Source: Escherichia phage SF. Taken from it: DNA of 64,000 nucleotides. Positions 1 through 11,006 of this stretch are shown here, piece by piece; the stretch's first letter is position 1; every line of letters starts with the position of its first letter. Under the pieces are notes generated by a model. It was given only the letters and a program-made list of their open reading frames with translations. It had not been told where the DNA came from and searched no databases. Both the position numbers and the translations under genes were made by a program. The DNA is taken from sequence record MH359124; one strand, 5' to 3'.

Positions 1-312
1 GCCGAGTTCACCTCTAGCAACAGTAACAATAACACCACCGGTAGAAGCATCTATGTCATGTCTACTTCCTACTGGAACAGGGGTGAAATAATCAGTAGGG
101 CCTCCTTTTTGGTAGTATCCAGTGGCATGGATTATTTGTCCATTTGGTCCTGTCCCATTAGCAGTTGCCATTTTTCGTTGGTCACCAAACGCATTGTAAA
201 TAGCATTTATATCATTGTTTATTTTAACACCGCCGTCAAAAAGGATATCGCCTGTAGAAGCGTTACCAATTTCGCCAACGTCAATCAATTGTTTTGGAGT
301 TTGAATATACAT
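1..312 (-). CDS. 9: baseplate wedge protein gp9, N-terminal part (gene runs off the window start)
   Basis: Complement ATG at 310-312 after AAGGA; reverse translation MYIQTPKQLIDVGEIGNASTGDILFDGGVKINNDINAIYNAFGDQRKMA resembles T4 gp9 N-terminus; downstream of gene 8 as in T4; not in ORF track because no stop in window. Confidence 0.8.
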   Translation of the reverse strand, partial: MYIQTPKQLIDVGEIGNASTGDILFDGGVKINNDINAIYNAFGDQRKMATANGTGPNGQIIHATGYYQKGGPTDYFTPVPVGSRHDIDASTGGVIVTVARGELG

Positions 313-337
313 GTGGCTAATCCTTAATAGTTTATAC

Positions 338-345
338 TATTTATA
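338..345 (-). promoter_or_regulatory. T4-type late promoter TATAAATA upstream of gene 9
   Basis: Complement of tatttata reads TATAAATA about 25 nt upstream of gp9 ATG. Confidence 0.45.
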
Positions 346-352
346 CACGAAA

Positions 353-370
353 GGGAGACCGAAGTCTCCC
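353..370 (-). terminator. stem-loop GGGAGAC-CGAA-GTCTCCC between genes 8 and 9
   Basis: Perfect 7 bp inverted repeat with 4 nt loop just after gp8 stop, followed by U-rich stretch on minus strand. Confidence 0.4.
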
Positions 371-374
371 TAAA

Positions 375-1379
375 TTAGAACATAAACAAAATATTGATCT
401 CTTCGGTTTGGTCCATTGCCATAATAATAGGTGGACGGTTTTCCATATAAATCATTTCACCAGAATGACGCTGTAAATCTCTGGGGTCATAATAATCCTT
501 TTCAGCCTTTATATTAGGGTCATTAGGACGGAGTTTAGCTTCCAAGGGGTTTGTGATAATAGAAATTTGTCTAAATCCTTTATTACCAGGCAGTGCTGCA
601 TTAGGGAAATAAACTGAGTCTAAATAGGCTTTAAAACGAATTATGTTTGCTTTAACTCTATACACAAGGCCAAAATCATCTTGTTGCCAGGTTAGATTGT
701 TTTCATATCCCCAACGAGCAGGGTCTTCTTTAACTTCTTCCGGCCATGGAACGACTATATATTCATTAGTACATCGGTTTATAGACACATCAGGTGGAAT
801 CTCATAAAGATACTCCCATATATATCCGTCACCAACTTCGATAATCCCTTCAGCATCTCCACGGCCTTCAGGAGGGGTTAAAGACCTAACAGACGGAGTC
901 CATTTACCACCTAATTTAAGACATTCTTCTTTGTTGTCGAGAGACTCAATAGAACACATCCCAACATCAGGAACATCTACGCAACGGTATACTAACCATC
1001 CGGCCCCGACTTCAGTGGCATTATATGGGGCTGTATTACATACGACTATATCATTTATTTTGAATGTATAAGGGTCTGGATAACGAATATCTCCCCAGTC
1101 ACGTCTAGGAATAACCGAGTCTAACATAGATGGGATAACTTTAACTAAACCCATCATGTTAGTCCACATATCTGTTACACCTAAAACCGAGTCTGTTGGA
1201 TACGGTGGGGCGAAGCCCACCTCATTTTCATTAGCAGCCCATGGTTCAGACCGACCAAACGTTATAAAGATGGTGTTTTTATTATCACCATCACCTATTG
1301 AATTGTAGAAATTCAACATTTTTTCAGTTCTAAATTTTGAAGTAACTATCGCACGATAGACAACACTTGAATCATTCAT
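375..1379 (-). CDS. 8: baseplate wedge protein gp8
   Basis: 334 aa, same length as T4 gp8, position between gp7 and gp9. Confidence 0.85.
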   Translation of the reverse strand: MNDSSVVYRAIVTSKFRTEKMLNFYNSIGDGDNKNTIFITFGRSEPWAANENEVGFAPPYPTDSVLGVTDMWTNMMGLVKVIPSMLDSVIPRRDWGDIRYPDPYTFKINDIVVCNTAPYNATEVGAGWLVYRCVDVPDVGMCSIESLDNKEECLKLGGKWTPSVRSLTPPEGRGDAEGIIEVGDGYIWEYLYEIPPDVSINRCTNEYIVVPWPEEVKEDPARWGYENNLTWQQDDFGLVYRVKANIIRFKAYLDSVYFPNAALPGNKGFRQISIITNPLEAKLRPNDPNIKAEKDYYDPRDLQRHSGEMIYMENRPPIIMAMDQTEEINILFMF

Positions 1380-4300
1380 CTAATTTAACCTGTGGTGGAT
1401 TAATCGGGTCTCTAGGATTTCCCACGTTATCTAACAATCTTTCATTAACAAGCTCTCTAAATCTAGAGAACGTTGTACCTGATGCATCAAATAATGGGCT
1501 CATTGGCTTGCGTCGTTCGGACGGTAATTGTCCTTGGAAAATAGAATTATCATTTTCTTCGTCATAATTTGCAGGTAAAGGGTATTCGATACCGGCATAA
1601 GGACCGGCATCATAAATTACTTCACCTGTAACAGGATTGAATTCTACATTACCTTGAGGGTCTAAACGAGCGACGCGGTCTGCATATTCCGTAGGCAGTC
1701 CGGAATCCCACTTATAATTTTTATATTTATTAATAATAGTTTCAACATGTTTAAGCGTTAATCCTGTGTTAATAAACATTGTTAATAAGGTTATTGCAAT
1801 AAATCCAAATCCTACCGGATGTACAAAACGTAGTACGTCAGATTTCCAACGAGAGGATGGAAGATTTGACTTTATTTTCATGACGTAATAAGCTCTACCA
1901 CGATTAAAATAATCAATAGTGTTTTGGGCAAGTTCTTTACCTTTAATACCGCGAACTATTTCACCTTCAAAATCTGCTAGTCTTTCGGCTTTTACTTCTT
2001 GACCGACTAAAAGCCTACCTAAAAGGTTATGAATAGTCACAGTCCATTGTAATTTACCTTTAGAATAGCTTCTTTCTAAATATGTAACATTACATCTACC
2101 TGTAGCGGTGTATATAGTTTGTCCAACCAAATCTTCACTTATAGAATCAGATTGAATTATGATATCGTACTCTGTTCCAGCAGATGACTCAATTTCCACT
2201 TCAACGTCTTCGTTATAAAGAACTTTAAACAAAAACTTATACGACGCTTCAGTTCCTTTAGTAGAATAAAAATCGTAACTTCTGGACTCAAAGAACCTAG
2301 AAACTAGATCACGTTTCTCAGCATTCAAATAAATGTTCCGTTTATAAATTTCAGACCAAAGATATTCCCATGCGTGTTCTTCTCGTGGGTATTTATTTTT
2401 AATCAAATTCAATAAGTTATTATAATGAGTCCCGTATCCATCAGAAAGATATTGAATATACGCTTCACAAAATGCTTCAAAGTTTGTATTATCCAACAGA
2501 TAAGACTCTGGCATCATTGTAGTGAGTAATGGGCGTAAATCCGGGTCAGCTAGACCTGTTTCTTCAACAGGAACCCAAGAAGTTTCTTTTTCTTGGTTTT
2601 GTAATGAGGAGGTCAAAAATACGTTAGTGGGCTTCCAAATTATAGAAACATTATCTCTAACACGATAACTAAAATCGTAATATGAAATTATTTCACCTGA
2701 TGATTTATAAAACAACATACCAGATGCGTATTTTTTAAATCCAGTGAATTCTATATTCGGCATAACAATCTTACAATCACCATCATTCCAGTATTCATGA
2801 ACTTTACGATCAGGTGAAGTGCTAGGGTGGCTTTCCACTACCTTTGTGTAAAGCAAATCAGAATAAATCACTACCGCTCTATCAGAGTTATTAATCCAAG
2901 AACGTGTGCCTGATTTTCTAGAATAACTAAAGAAAGGTTCTGCATAATACTGCATAGGAGTTGGTGAAAAAGTTTCCCAATTACTTTCTTCGTTTGATGC
3001 GAAAATCATCATATGGTAATGTTTATCTGCGAGCCATTCTCTAGGATATTCATACTTAACTGCTTCTAAAAGTCCATACTTAGATTGCGTTTCTGGGTCG
3101 TCAACAATATCAGATTCTAAAAATTTAAAATTACTAGAGGAGATATAAAGCTCAACACCATCAGTAGACATATTGGTGAAAGCCGGTTCTATACGACGGC
3201 GTTCTTCTTCGGTATTACCAAATATCCTTTTAAATGTTCCAGCGTCATGGTCTAAAACGTATACACCTTTATCAACGGAATCCAAAATAGGCTTTGTTCT
3301 TGGGTCGTCATTAACGTTTTCGACTTCACCAATAATAAGAGCGAATATTCTTCCACCAACAGAATCCATTTTATAACAAACTGCTTTAGGGTTGCCTGTT
3401 ATTGTAAACGTCTCGGGTTCAAACAACCGTTCGGAATAGGTCGGAGATAATGGATCTGAATCAATAGGAGCGTTACTGGTTTTAACGAAGCGAACTTTAT
3501 CTCTGGCCGCAATATAAACATAGTCATCATTACAAGTAATAGCTTCTGCAATACGTGATACGTTTCCTGGTAATGACGCGTATGTACCGAAAATCTCTAC
3601 ATCAAAACCTAAATTTAATCGGTCCCCGATTTTAGCAAACGTTACATCTTGTGAACTGAAACGAACATCATTAGCAGACCAACGAATATCGGATGATTTA
3701 CGCCCGTAAAAAATCTTATCATAGCCGAGCAAATACGTCGTATATTCTGATTGGTAATATACGGTTCGTGAAAGTGGATATCCTACACGGTCATTAAGCA
3801 ATTTAACCGCTTTCCATGTTTGGCCTTTATCATTAGACACTTTTACAATAGGTTGGAATCTTTCAAAAAGGTAAAGAATTCCTTCAGATTCCATTAGATA
3901 TACTCGATTTATATCTTTACATACGTCCTGGATATGCCCCTGGATTTCATGATACTGATTTTCGCCAATTATAAAATTTCTAATCGATGACACATCGGTG
4001 TATGCAGGACTAAATTGGAACGACTCGCTCATCAGCGCTGCCATGATCGTGTCATTATTAAAATCAACGTAGTTGGTATTATTTTTTGTAAATTTTTCAG
4101 AAATAAACTCATTAGCTAATTGCATTTCAATCATATGTTGGAATGTATAAGCGTTTATTTCAAATGTTTCAAACTCTTCGGTGTATCTCCAATCAGACTG
4201 CTCAAATCCCTCCGCTGCTGTAGCCACACGCATCATATATGTTGTTAATGAATTTAAACCAGACTCAAAGAAATTGTTATCAGCGGTATATCCTAAATTA

Positions 4301-4470
4301 GTCCATCTATAGCTATTACGGGGAATTGCTTCCCCATTAGCTGTTTTGGTCTCAGCTATTTCCACAAAATAGTAGAAATTAGCGCCAACCTCATCCCAGC
4401 GAATTTGAACTTGGTTTGCGGACAATTTAGATAATCTGAGACTCGTGACTGCTGGCGCTTTTACTGTCAT
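1372..4470 (-). CDS. 7: baseplate wedge initiator gp7
   Basis: 1032 aa, same length as T4 gp7; synteny 6-7-8; stop overlaps gp8 start. Confidence 0.85.
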   Translation of the reverse strand: MTVKAPAVTSLRLSKLSANQVQIRWDEVGANFYYFVEIAETKTANGEAIPRNSYRWTNLGYTADNNFFESGLNSLTTYMMRVATAAEGFEQSDWRYTEEFETFEINAYTFQHMIEMQLANEFISEKFTKNNTNYVDFNNDTIMAALMSESFQFSPAYTDVSSIRNFIIGENQYHEIQGHIQDVCKDINRVYLMESEGILYLFERFQPIVKVSNDKGQTWKAVKLLNDRVGYPLSRTVYYQSEYTTYLLGYDKIFYGRKSSDIRWSANDVRFSSQDVTFAKIGDRLNLGFDVEIFGTYASLPGNVSRIAEAITCNDDYVYIAARDKVRFVKTSNAPIDSDPLSPTYSERLFEPETFTITGNPKAVCYKMDSVGGRIFALIIGEVENVNDDPRTKPILDSVDKGVYVLDHDAGTFKRIFGNTEEERRRIEPAFTNMSTDGVELYISSSNFKFLESDIVDDPETQSKYGLLEAVKYEYPREWLADKHYHMMIFASNEESNWETFSPTPMQYYAEPFFSYSRKSGTRSWINNSDRAVVIYSDLLYTKVVESHPSTSPDRKVHEYWNDGDCKIVMPNIEFTGFKKYASGMLFYKSSGEIISYYDFSYRVRDNVSIIWKPTNVFLTSSLQNQEKETSWVPVEETGLADPDLRPLLTTMMPESYLLDNTNFEAFCEAYIQYLSDGYGTHYNNLLNLIKNKYPREEHAWEYLWSEIYKRNIYLNAEKRDLVSRFFESRSYDFYSTKGTEASYKFLFKVLYNEDVEVEIESSAGTEYDIIIQSDSISEDLVGQTIYTATGRCNVTYLERSYSKGKLQWTVTIHNLLGRLLVGQEVKAERLADFEGEIVRGIKGKELAQNTIDYFNRGRAYYVMKIKSNLPSSRWKSDVLRFVHPVGFGFIAITLLTMFINTGLTLKHVETIINKYKNYKWDSGLPTEYADRVARLDPQGNVEFNPVTGEVIYDAGPYAGIEYPLPANYDEENDNSIFQGQLPSERRKPMSPLFDASGTTFSRFRELVNERLLDNVGNPRDPINPPQVKLDE

Positions 4471-6437
4471 TGTGAAATAGGCTCCAAATCTATGGTTAAA
4501 TATTGCGGACGTAAGTCATTTTCAAATACAATTAACGACCCGTCTTTAGTAAAGATAACATCATCAGCTGGGTCTGAATAGAGTTCAATAGTTTGAACTT
4601 CAAACCTATCAGAAGTTAAATCAATTTTAGCTATATTCCAATAAATTGAATCAGCCGGATAATTTACTTCACCTATAGAGTAATATTTGTTTCTTCCGTC
4701 CTTAACATTAAGTTTATTAAAATCGTCACCAGTATATGGTTGAATATAAGCGTTTTCTATAACGTCGCCATCTGCAAACGGGCCAATAATAACTTGTCCA
4801 ATGCCGCGGTCATTTCTATCTGAACCTACAATGCGAACGTCGTATTTAATAGTAACTTCCGTTTCAGGGTCAACGCGTAAACTATCAAATGAAAACACGT
4901 TAGATTCTAATGTTCTATCTTTAATCTGGTTATTGTATTTAATACCTGTTTCAGGTGTTTTGTAGAAGTTCTGTACCTCGCGAACCATTTGAATAGTCGC
5001 AGACGAACCAATGATAGAAATATCTGCGTCATCGACATACGTTAGCATTTTAGATTTTGCGAATGACGAGTTAAAAATTTCCACGTCTTCAATATAATAA
5101 CGGTCGATTTTATTAATAATTTGGCCTTCTAACCATTGTTCAGATTCCTGTAATTTGTTCAATGCATACGTAACGCGAATATTCATTTTAATAAACAAAT
5201 AATCAGGAGAAATAACAACAGGAGTTATCGTCCCTAAGTTATACTCATTAAGATAATTTTTAATATCGTCTCGTTGGACGGAAGTCAAATATAACCCAGA
5301 CTTAGGTTTAGCAGCAATAAATGCGTACCCAGGCTTAGATGAATCCGTAAATGTCTGAACCGCTTGAATAATAGAACCAAATCGCTCAGAGACGAATGTG
5401 TCGTAATCAGTCGCGGTCACACATCGTTGTTGAGTTTCGCGTTTAATTGTACCTAATTCACGGATACGTTCAATATCTTCAGGGTCGCCGCCGCCATCCG
5501 CGCCAACGAAGTCAGGGTTATTACTTGGGTTTTCATTAATTCCAATAACCGTGATATTAGCTAATGTATCAGCATAAGAAAATCCTACTGCACCATTTGC
5601 TTCAGCACCATTAGTAGAAATATATTCAATTACGATTTTAGAACCCTGAACAGGTTTAAGGCCACCAATATAGTTAGATGTTAACGCACCTTCTGATGTG
5701 TTAATAGAGATTTCGCCTTCACCAAAATAAAATTCAGTGTTCCCATCAACTGTTTCACGCATATAATAGATTGTTGACGTAGAACCAGCGTGAACCATCG
5801 ACTTACGAGTCCAGTTAATCCATTCTGCTCCGTCAACATACAACTTAACCAAATTACGGTCAATATTCTTATCACGAATAATGATAGGTTTTAATCTATC
5901 AAATGTTAATTCAGTGCGAACAATACGTCCTTGAGCTAATCGAAGACGTGGAAAATATTGGTTATTTTTGTCTTTAACTACAATGACATCTTCAGTAGAA
6001 ACAAAGTTATACGGGTTAACAGAAGTATCTTTAGCGTATGCTAAGAAACGAGTGCCACGTGGAATGGTGATATAGTTTCTATTTAATGCATCCGTACATG
6101 TGAGCATAATTTCTGTTTGTGCTGCTGATTTAGATGAAGGCAGATATCCGTTATCTTGAGCCGCTTGTACAACAGAACTACGCAAGTTTGCAGTACGCAT
6201 AAAACTTTCATACACTGCACTATTACTGAACTGTTGGATGTAAAGAGTGTTATATGCTAAAAGGTCACACAATACGTTTAAACGTGAACCTTCAAAATCA
6301 TAATCAAGAAATTCATTCTGTCCGTTGAGCCATTCGATAATGTTCTGTTTGATTTCGGCAAATGTGCCCCCGATAAAAATCTCGGGAATAGCATTCGCTG
6401 TTCGGGTTAATTGATAATTTACAGGAGTGTTTGCCAT
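4467..6437 (-). CDS. 6: baseplate wedge protein gp6
   Basis: Start moved to internal Met (MANTPVNYQLTRTANAIPEIF, matches T4 gp6 N-terminus); 656 aa. Confidence 0.85.
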   Translation of the reverse strand: MANTPVNYQLTRTANAIPEIFIGGTFAEIKQNIIEWLNGQNEFLDYDFEGSRLNVLCDLLAYNTLYIQQFSNSAVYESFMRTANLRSSVVQAAQDNGYLPSSKSAAQTEIMLTCTDALNRNYITIPRGTRFLAYAKDTSVNPYNFVSTEDVIVVKDKNNQYFPRLRLAQGRIVRTELTFDRLKPIIIRDKNIDRNLVKLYVDGAEWINWTRKSMVHAGSTSTIYYMRETVDGNTEFYFGEGEISINTSEGALTSNYIGGLKPVQGSKIVIEYISTNGAEANGAVGFSYADTLANITVIGINENPSNNPDFVGADGGGDPEDIERIRELGTIKRETQQRCVTATDYDTFVSERFGSIIQAVQTFTDSSKPGYAFIAAKPKSGLYLTSVQRDDIKNYLNEYNLGTITPVVISPDYLFIKMNIRVTYALNKLQESEQWLEGQIINKIDRYYIEDVEIFNSSFAKSKMLTYVDDADISIIGSSATIQMVREVQNFYKTPETGIKYNNQIKDRTLESNVFSFDSLRVDPETEVTIKYDVRIVGSDRNDRGIGQVIIGPFADGDVIENAYIQPYTGDDFNKLNVKDGRNKYYSIGEVNYPADSIYWNIAKIDLTSDRFEVQTIELYSDPADDVIFTKDGSLIVFENDLRPQYLTIDLEPISQ

Positions 6438-6445
6438 TTTAATTC

Positions 6446-6739
6446 CTATTTTATAAAGACTTTTGACGAGGCCTGAGAAACAGTATCCCCGCATGAAATT
6501 GGGTCGGCCATTTGAACGGCCTTTTTACCGGTGACGTATACTTTAGATGTACGAGGTTCAGTAACACCTCCATGAGTCTCGTATGGTTTTTTAATTTCTG
6601 TATGAGGTGTTATTTGGTCTCCTGCCACAAGAACAGGAATACCGCCGGTGAACACTTTAGATTGGGAAGCATTTATTACAGTAGGAGGCCATGCTTCATG
6701 ACCTGATGTAACGCACTTGTCGTAACTTAAGCCAGACAT
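6446..6739 (-). CDS. 5.4: PAAR-repeat spike tip protein gp5.4
   Basis: Internal Met start [21 protein letters not shown]; 97 aa; matches T4 gp5.4. Confidence 0.8.
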   Translation of the reverse strand: MSGLSYDKCVTSGHEAWPPTVINASQSKVFTGGIPVLVAGDQITPHTEIKKPYETHGGVTEPRTSKVYVTGKKAVQMADPISCGDTVSQASSKVFIK

Positions 6740-6741
6740 TT

Positions 6742-7257
6742 TCACGGCCTCACATAAACATAGTTTCGTAATTGTTGAGCCCATTTGCTCCAATTTCCTA
6801 CTATAGTTTTTGTATAAACCTTAGTAAGAGTTTTTTGTACTGGAGCCGGTGGAGGTTCCGTACCAGAGTCACTTCTAGAACCGCCTGATGAACTTTCTTC
6901 TTGGTAATTATAAATCATTTCAACCGTATAACTAAACACTTTACGAAGATTCTGAGGAGCTCTCCACAAATATAACTGTGTGGATTCATCTTTTGGTAAA
7001 TCGTCCCATGAAGATGCGGTTTTAAAATCGTCATTTAATCGGTATTTCAATGCATCCGAAGAAAAGCTAAACACACTTTCATATGTTCCATATAAACGAT
7101 TACCATCTACCGTAATGCCTTGTGTCGGTTCATAATCTGTTATATTTATTGACACTAAAGTTTCGGTTGTTTCTAACTGTGGAGTAAAAAGGACGTCAAT
7201 AGACGCCCCTTCCATGTCTTCTCCTAAGTCGGTATTTAAAGGAAGTATTTGTGCCAT
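6742..7257 (-). CDS. 5.1: gp5.1-like baseplate-associated protein
   Basis: 171 aa ORF between gp5 and gp5.4 as in T4; name by position. Confidence 0.55.
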   Translation of the reverse strand: MAQILPLNTDLGEDMEGASIDVLFTPQLETTETLVSINITDYEPTQGITVDGNRLYGTYESVFSFSSDALKYRLNDDFKTASSWDDLPKDESTQLYLWRAPQNLRKVFSYTVEMIYNYQEESSSGGSRSDSGTEPPPAPVQKTLTKVYTKTIVGNWSKWAQQLRNYVYVRP

Positions 7258-7260
7258 ATA

Positions 7261-8994
7261 TTACCCAATATCAATACGAGATCCGTCAACAGTGTATTGT
7301 CCTGAAGCTATTGAGCTCATTGTAGACATTGTCTCTGACCAATCCCCGGCAACAGTCATATCAACATTACCATTAACAGTCCATTTAACGTTTCCGTTGA
7401 CGGTGTAATCATGATTCCCTTCGACCTGAGTTTTAGCATCGCCTTTAACAAGAATATCTGCGTTTCCATCAACAACTATTTTGATATTGCCCTTAACGTA
7501 AAGAGTTCCATCGCCTTCAACAGTTTTAGATTGGTTACCACGAATAAAGATTGTGTCATTGCCGTCTATTTGATGGAGGCGGTCTGCCATGTTATAATAT
7601 ATTTCGTTAGCACCAACGTTAACAAGTTTATCACCGGAAATCAAGAAGTTCCCATCACCATTAGTGATGTCAAAAAGGTCTTCTACAGTTTTACGAGTGC
7701 GACGACCGGACGGAGAAACTTCCTCATATGACCCTGTTGGATGAACTAAGCGATAACGTTCGTTACCTGGAGTGTCGTCAAACTCTTGGATATGACCGCT
7801 TTCTGTTTCCATAGCGTGAACATACGGGTATTCACCACGATAACTTGATTCCGGTTCTTTAAAAAGGATACGCGAATCTAACGGAACAGGAGGACCGGCT
7901 GGGTCTTCTGGATCTGTATTTCTAGTAACTAAATCGGCACCAACTCCCGGTGAAGGCGGTGTTTTAACAGGAACACCATATGATTCCATGTTACCAGTTA
8001 AAATAATTGTTGTTACACGTGAAGCACGCCCTTTAGTCTGTTGGAACCATAACGAATCGCGTCCAGATTTGTATGCGGTTTTCCAATCACCTGCGGCCAT
8101 TGCTTTAAGCATAGTATTGAATTTTGCTACACCACCAACGCCCATCTGGAAGCACATGTTTTCTAATGCCATTTGGCGAGATCTGTTCATTTTAGCATAA
8201 ACAGGACCTACTTTAGAATTAGAACGAATGTCTTTCTGCATCTTAGCAAGGTCCTTCTCAAATAACGCTGTTGCTTCTTCTAACGTAATAGTTCCCGGAT
8301 TTCCTGTTACTTCACGCCCTACTTGATCAGATAACAATTTATTAATCCGAGACATATCTCGGGTTTTTTCCATTACGATAAGGTGTCCAATACCTACTGT
8401 AGGATATCCGAGATGGTCCCAATACACTTTATCACGAAGACCTTCGTCACGACGTAACATTTCTGTTATTGTAAAATTAGGGTCATCATCTTCTGGAATA
8501 TTTGCTAAATCTGTATCATCTGGGTTTATACCATAATCTAAGTTGTTATCTTGAATTACGTTAGAGTTCGAATAATAACCAGCTTCACCACCTTGGTTTA
8601 GTACGTTCGTATCATTACCTAAACGTCGCGGATACTGACCTGTCGGGTCTGAAAAACCTTCAAGTCTATTAGGCTTTTCACGTACTATTCCGCCGTATGT
8701 ACCAAGTACAATCCCGTTTGTTTTCCATTTGTCTAAGAAATGACCATATACTCGAGTTCCTTCAACAGGACCTGTAACAGAACCACCAATACCAGACATT
8801 GATGCAGACGTAATAGGTTGAATAACAGTCATCCATGGAAGTTTTTCTGTAGGAATACCTTGTACGTCACCTTGTGCTCTCTGTGCTGGATGAAGACCAA
8901 CGACTCGAACTCGAACTCGCCCTTGTTTTAATGGGTCCATTCTGTCCTCGACAACGCCCACGAACCAATTAAGGCTACTGCTAATCATTTCCAT
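7261..8994 (-). CDS. 5: baseplate hub subunit and tail lysozyme gp5
   Basis: 577 aa; N-terminus MEMISSSLNWFVGVVEDRMDP and central T4-lysozyme-like domain (LRDKVYWDHLGYPTVGIGH); C-terminal beta-helix VxGxxxx repeats. Confidence 0.95.
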   Translation of the reverse strand: MEMISSSLNWFVGVVEDRMDPLKQGRVRVRVVGLHPAQRAQGDVQGIPTEKLPWMTVIQPITSASMSGIGGSVTGPVEGTRVYGHFLDKWKTNGIVLGTYGGIVREKPNRLEGFSDPTGQYPRRLGNDTNVLNQGGEAGYYSNSNVIQDNNLDYGINPDDTDLANIPEDDDPNFTITEMLRRDEGLRDKVYWDHLGYPTVGIGHLIVMEKTRDMSRINKLLSDQVGREVTGNPGTITLEEATALFEKDLAKMQKDIRSNSKVGPVYAKMNRSRQMALENMCFQMGVGGVAKFNTMLKAMAAGDWKTAYKSGRDSLWFQQTKGRASRVTTIILTGNMESYGVPVKTPPSPGVGADLVTRNTDPEDPAGPPVPLDSRILFKEPESSYRGEYPYVHAMETESGHIQEFDDTPGNERYRLVHPTGSYEEVSPSGRRTRKTVEDLFDITNGDGNFLISGDKLVNVGANEIYYNMADRLHQIDGNDTIFIRGNQSKTVEGDGTLYVKGNIKIVVDGNADILVKGDAKTQVEGNHDYTVNGNVKWTVNGNVDMTVAGDWSETMSTMSSIASGQYTVDGSRIDIG

Positions 8995-9569
8995 TATGCA
9001 ATCTCCATCTCACGAATCAAATCTGTTATAAACGAGTTTATATCTTCTTTTGCAACGATTTTTATTTTACGAAGTTTTTCATTATCTAATACTGCCGCTT
9101 CATAAGTATCTACTGCAGCTAAAGGTCCTTTATATTGTGGATACTTACGAGCTTTATCGCCTTTATCATACCATACTAATGGCTCATCTGGATATGAAAC
9201 TAAGTTATAAAATTTCTCGCGTTTTTCGTTAATATGATAAAGAACTTGGTCTCCGCCAGCATTTGCATATTTCTGAATAGAAGCTTGATACGCTGCTTCC
9301 TGAGATGTAATCCAACCATAATACGGATCATAGTTATCATTACACATCAAAAGGACCCAGTATAATTGAGGGTTGCCATAAATTATGTTTGCTAGTTCTT
9401 CAGGACGCGGAGAGCCTTTAATGTAATAAGAACGTAATCTATAATTGGCAGCAACACGCTTAAAGTACTCTTTATAGTTACGAAATATGTCTGTCATAGG
9501 AATAGTAGGTGCGTTCTTATTAACTGTTTTAGCACTATATCCTATTGGGTCGAAGAATGTAAATAACAA
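8994..9569 (-). CDS. 53: baseplate wedge protein gp53
   Basis: 191 aa, MLFTFFDPIGYSAKTVNKNAPTIPMTDIFRNY; apparent TTG start 6 nt after AAGGAG; stop overlaps gp5 start. Confidence 0.75.
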   Translation of the reverse strand: MLFTFFDPIGYSAKTVNKNAPTIPMTDIFRNYKEYFKRVAANYRLRSYYIKGSPRPEELANIIYGNPQLYWVLLMCNDNYDPYYGWITSQEAAYQASIQKYANAGGDQVLYHINEKREKFYNLVSYPDEPLVWYDKGDKARKYPQYKGPLAAVDTYEAAVLDNEKLRKIKIVAKEDINSFITDLIREMEIA

Positions 9570-9596
9570 GATAGTCTCCTTCCAATATGAAATTGG

Positions 9597-9604
9597 TATA
9601 AATA
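9597..9604 (+). promoter_or_regulatory. late promoter TATAAATA for genes 4-2-3
   Basis: Exact TATAAATA about 27 nt upstream of gp4 ATG, followed by GGAGGA RBS. Confidence 0.55.
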
Positions 9605-9611
9605 ATAATAC

Positions 9612-9619
9612 TATTTATA
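9612..9619 (-). promoter_or_regulatory. late promoter TATAAATA (minus strand) for gene 53 block
   Basis: Complement of tatttata; divergent from the plus-strand late promoter. Confidence 0.45.
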
Positions 9620-9630
9620 AGGAGGACAAC

Positions 9631-10080
9631 ATGGCCTACTCTGGTAAATGGGTCCCAAAAAATTTAAAAAAATACCGTGGAGACCATACCAAAATAACGT
9701 ATCGTTCAAACTGGGAAAAATTCTTTTTCGAATGGTTGGATAAAAATCCAGAAATTATTGCATGGGGTAGTGAAACAGCAGTAATTCCATATTTTTGTAA
9801 TGCTGAAGGTAAGAAACGTCGATACTATATGGACATATGGATGAAAGATGCATCAGGTCAAGAGTTCTTTGTAGAAATAAAACCAAAGAAAGAAACTCAG
9901 CCGCCTATTAAGCCTGTAAATCTTACGACCGCAGCAAAGAAACGTTATATGAACGAGATCTACGTGTGGTCTGTGAACTGTGATAAATGGAAAGCTGCTT
10001 CTGCTGTCGCAGAAAAGAGAAATATAAAATTTCGAGTTCTAACCGAAGATGGACTTAGGAAACTCGGATACAAGGGGTAA
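9631..10080 (+). CDS. 4: head completion protein gp4
   Basis: Start at internal ATG after GGAGGA ([18 protein letters not shown]); 149 aa vs T4 gp4 150 aa; position before gene 2. Confidence 0.8.
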   Translation: MAYSGKWVPKNLKKYRGDHTKITYRSNWEKFFFEWLDKNPEIIAWGSETAVIPYFCNAEGKKRRYYMDIWMKDASGQEFFVEIKPKKETQPPIKPVNLTTAAKKRYMNEIYVWSVNCDKWKAASAVAEKRNIKFRVLTEDGLRKLGYKG

Positions 10081-10082
10081 TT

Positions 10083-10904
10083 ATGAGCATATTCCAAATT
10101 ATATCTGAAGGCGTACAAGCCCCTAAGATTGCTCAGTCTATGAATGAAAGAAAATGGATTGAGATAGGATTAGAATACAAGAAAGCTAAAGAGAAAGGAA
10201 TCACTGCAAAAGCATTTGCAGAATCAAAAGGAATAAAATACTCGTCGTTTACATCTGCAATGTCTAGATATGCATCATCTATTAAGACTGCACAGAAAAT
10301 TGAAACGCTTGAATCTAAACCTAAAAATAAACTCAATAAGCAAGAACGTCAACTTCTGATGATAAACTCGTTTCGCAGTTCAATACGAGAAAAGATTAGA
10401 AATGAAGGCGCAGCAGTAAACAACAAATCATCTAAGTGGTTTGTTGAAACAATTAAGAAAAGTGTAAAAGGTCATAAAGTAGTCAAGCCTACGCCAGGCA
10501 AAATTTATACTTACGTGTATGATGCTAAACATAAAGATACTCTGCCATATTGGGACCGATATCCTTTGATTATTTATTTAGGATTAGGTAAACATAATTT
10601 GATGTATGGGCTAAACTTGCACTATATCCCACCTAAAGCACGTCAACAGTTTCTTGAAGAATTGCTGAAGCAATATGCTAGCACAACTACTATTACTAAT
10701 AACACAAAGTTGAAGATAGACTGGAGCAAGGTGAAAGGATTTCAAGGTGCTGACAAAATGATTAAAGCATACCTGCCAGGCCACATTAGAGGAACAATAA
10801 CAGAAATAGCTCCTAAAGACTGGGCTAACATAATCATGTTACCTACTCAGCAGTTTATGTCAAAAGGAAAACGTTTCTCTGCGAATACTGTTTGGAAATC
10901 TTAA
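10083..10904 (+). CDS. 2: DNA end protector protein gp2
   Basis: 273 aa vs T4 gp2 274 aa; synteny 4-2-3. Confidence 0.8.
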   Translation: MSIFQIISEGVQAPKIAQSMNERKWIEIGLEYKKAKEKGITAKAFAESKGIKYSSFTSAMSRYASSIKTAQKIETLESKPKNKLNKQERQLLMINSFRSSIREKIRNEGAAVNNKSSKWFVETIKKSVKGHKVVKPTPGKIYTYVYDAKHKDTLPYWDRYPLIIYLGLGKHNLMYGLNLHYIPPKARQQFLEELLKQYASTTTITNNTKLKIDWSKVKGFQGADKMIKAYLPGHIRGTITEIAPKDWANIIMLPTQQFMSKGKRFSANTVWKS

Positions 10905-11006
10905 TTCTATTCTCTTCCGTTCTTCTGATATTCTGTTGAACCAGATTAATGGAAGAGACCTAAAACCATTATACTGCATTTTTATTAAAGCGTTTTTGAG
11001 GTGCTT

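Noticed and set aside
58-327. Plus-strand 89 aa ORF at the window start
   Set aside because: Lies antisense inside the gp9 coding region; the minus-strand frame gives a clear gp9 N-terminus.
1367-8200. Plus-strand ORFs inside the baseplate block (1367-1567, 3173-3376, 6512-6706, 7214-7408, 7411-7731, 7988-8200) and the nested minus ORF 5681-5875
   Set aside because: All lie within or antisense to gp5, gp6 or gp7 coding sequence; judged spurious.
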